DNA of 64,000 bases from Podarcis pityusensis (Eukaryota). The stretch's first letter is position 1. The number at the start of each line of letters is the position of its first letter. This document shows, piece after piece, positions 63,005 through 64,000 of this stretch. The stretch lies in NCBI GenBank assembly GCA_964106645.2, contig OZ067038.1; one strand, 5' to 3'. The notes under the pieces are model-generated. The model saw only the letters and a list, made by a program, of their open reading frames with translations, made no database searches and was not told the DNA's origin. The translations under genes and the position numbers were made by a program.

Positions 63005-64000
63005 TCTTTGGGGGTACCCTTAGGACATACTAGGCTTTGCCTTTCATGCTACCTACAGAATGGACTTTGCAACCCTCCCACATATGCAGACTTTCTTTGC
63101 TAATTCTAAAAATCATTACAAATGCCATCTGGGTTGTACCAAATTGGGTTCCAGCTGTTGTTGAATCCACCTCCATAAAGGTCAAGATGATATGCATTGG
63201 TACTAACAGAGCTGCTTGGAAGTTGAAGAAGATTTTGGAAGATACACTGCAAGAGCCCTATTTCATATGCATTACTAATTGGGATCAGGGAGTTTTGTGT
63301 CCTTTCCCAAATGCTAGAAAAGATCTCCATACCTGGAGTTCGTAAGTGACCCACAGCTAAATGACTTTCAAGAACTTTATCAGGATCTCTGTGCATCCAC
63401 CTTCACCAATATACACATACAGGAAATATGGTTTCTTATCTTTCCAGCCCTTTAATTTTCTTGTTAACTCAGTTGCTACTTCTCTTTTCCAGCAAACAAG
63501 CCCTACTCACAGAAGCAGACACGGCTGTTTCTGCTGAATCAACTGAACAAATGAAACCACTACTGATGAACTATAGCCAAACAGTATTGATTTCTTCTAA
63601 AAGCACTCATTTTAGGAGGCCTGGCATAATGTAAAATATATACATTATTTTGATGGGCTTTCTGGAGTGGGAAAACATATGAAATAACAGCAAGAGTTCA
63701 GATAAACAAAGAAGGTAGAAAGGTGGCATGATATAATTTACACTTCATCAGTGAGATGCTAATTGTTAGTGACTGAAATATGACAGTGCCTCATTTTTTA
63801 CTATTTTATTTTCTTGTTTTATGAAGTTTGCATTTTTAACTTCTACATGTGATACTCAGCTACATTTTATTGAAGAAGGCATTTATGATTTATATTGTGT
63901 ATGTTTTCTGCTCATGTTTTTATTATACAGGACTTACTCAGTTTTTATTATGCATATGTGTATTTGTGTGTGTGTAAAAATGTACAACACATACTGCATG

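Noticed and set aside
63037-63396. Antiparallel ORFs of about 100 aa that look coding-like
   Set aside because: No motif recognised in the frames examined and no convincing splice sites. BLASTx would be needed to revive it.

Overview
Vertebrate, AT-rich, CpG-depleted non-coding DNA (intronic or intergenic) from a squamate reptile. Sauria SINEs are diagnostic of squamates; the Tigger-like and hAT MITE families resemble those I recall from lacertid lizards (inference, not a database result). I found no recognisable host protein-coding gene, RNA gene or CRISPR array. The ORF track is chance ORFs plus decayed retroelement coding remnants. The window is a layered transposon record: RTE, L2 and CR1 LINE fragments, Sauria and CORE-type SINEs, many hAT MITEs (several with intact 8-bp TSDs), three Tigger-like MITEs, a probable Helitron, fold-back MITEs and a young 435-bp solo LTR. 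Several insertions are nested and can be ordered in time. The most notable observation is that the solo LTR carries a stop-free 109-codon frame from its second base, with an acidic/Gly-rich part followed by an Arg/Lys-rich part. Other leads are a composite MITE that captured an L2 tail, several motif-dense enhancer-like blocks and two weak in-frame minus-strand exon candidates. I cannot support a claim of a new biological system beyond these leads.
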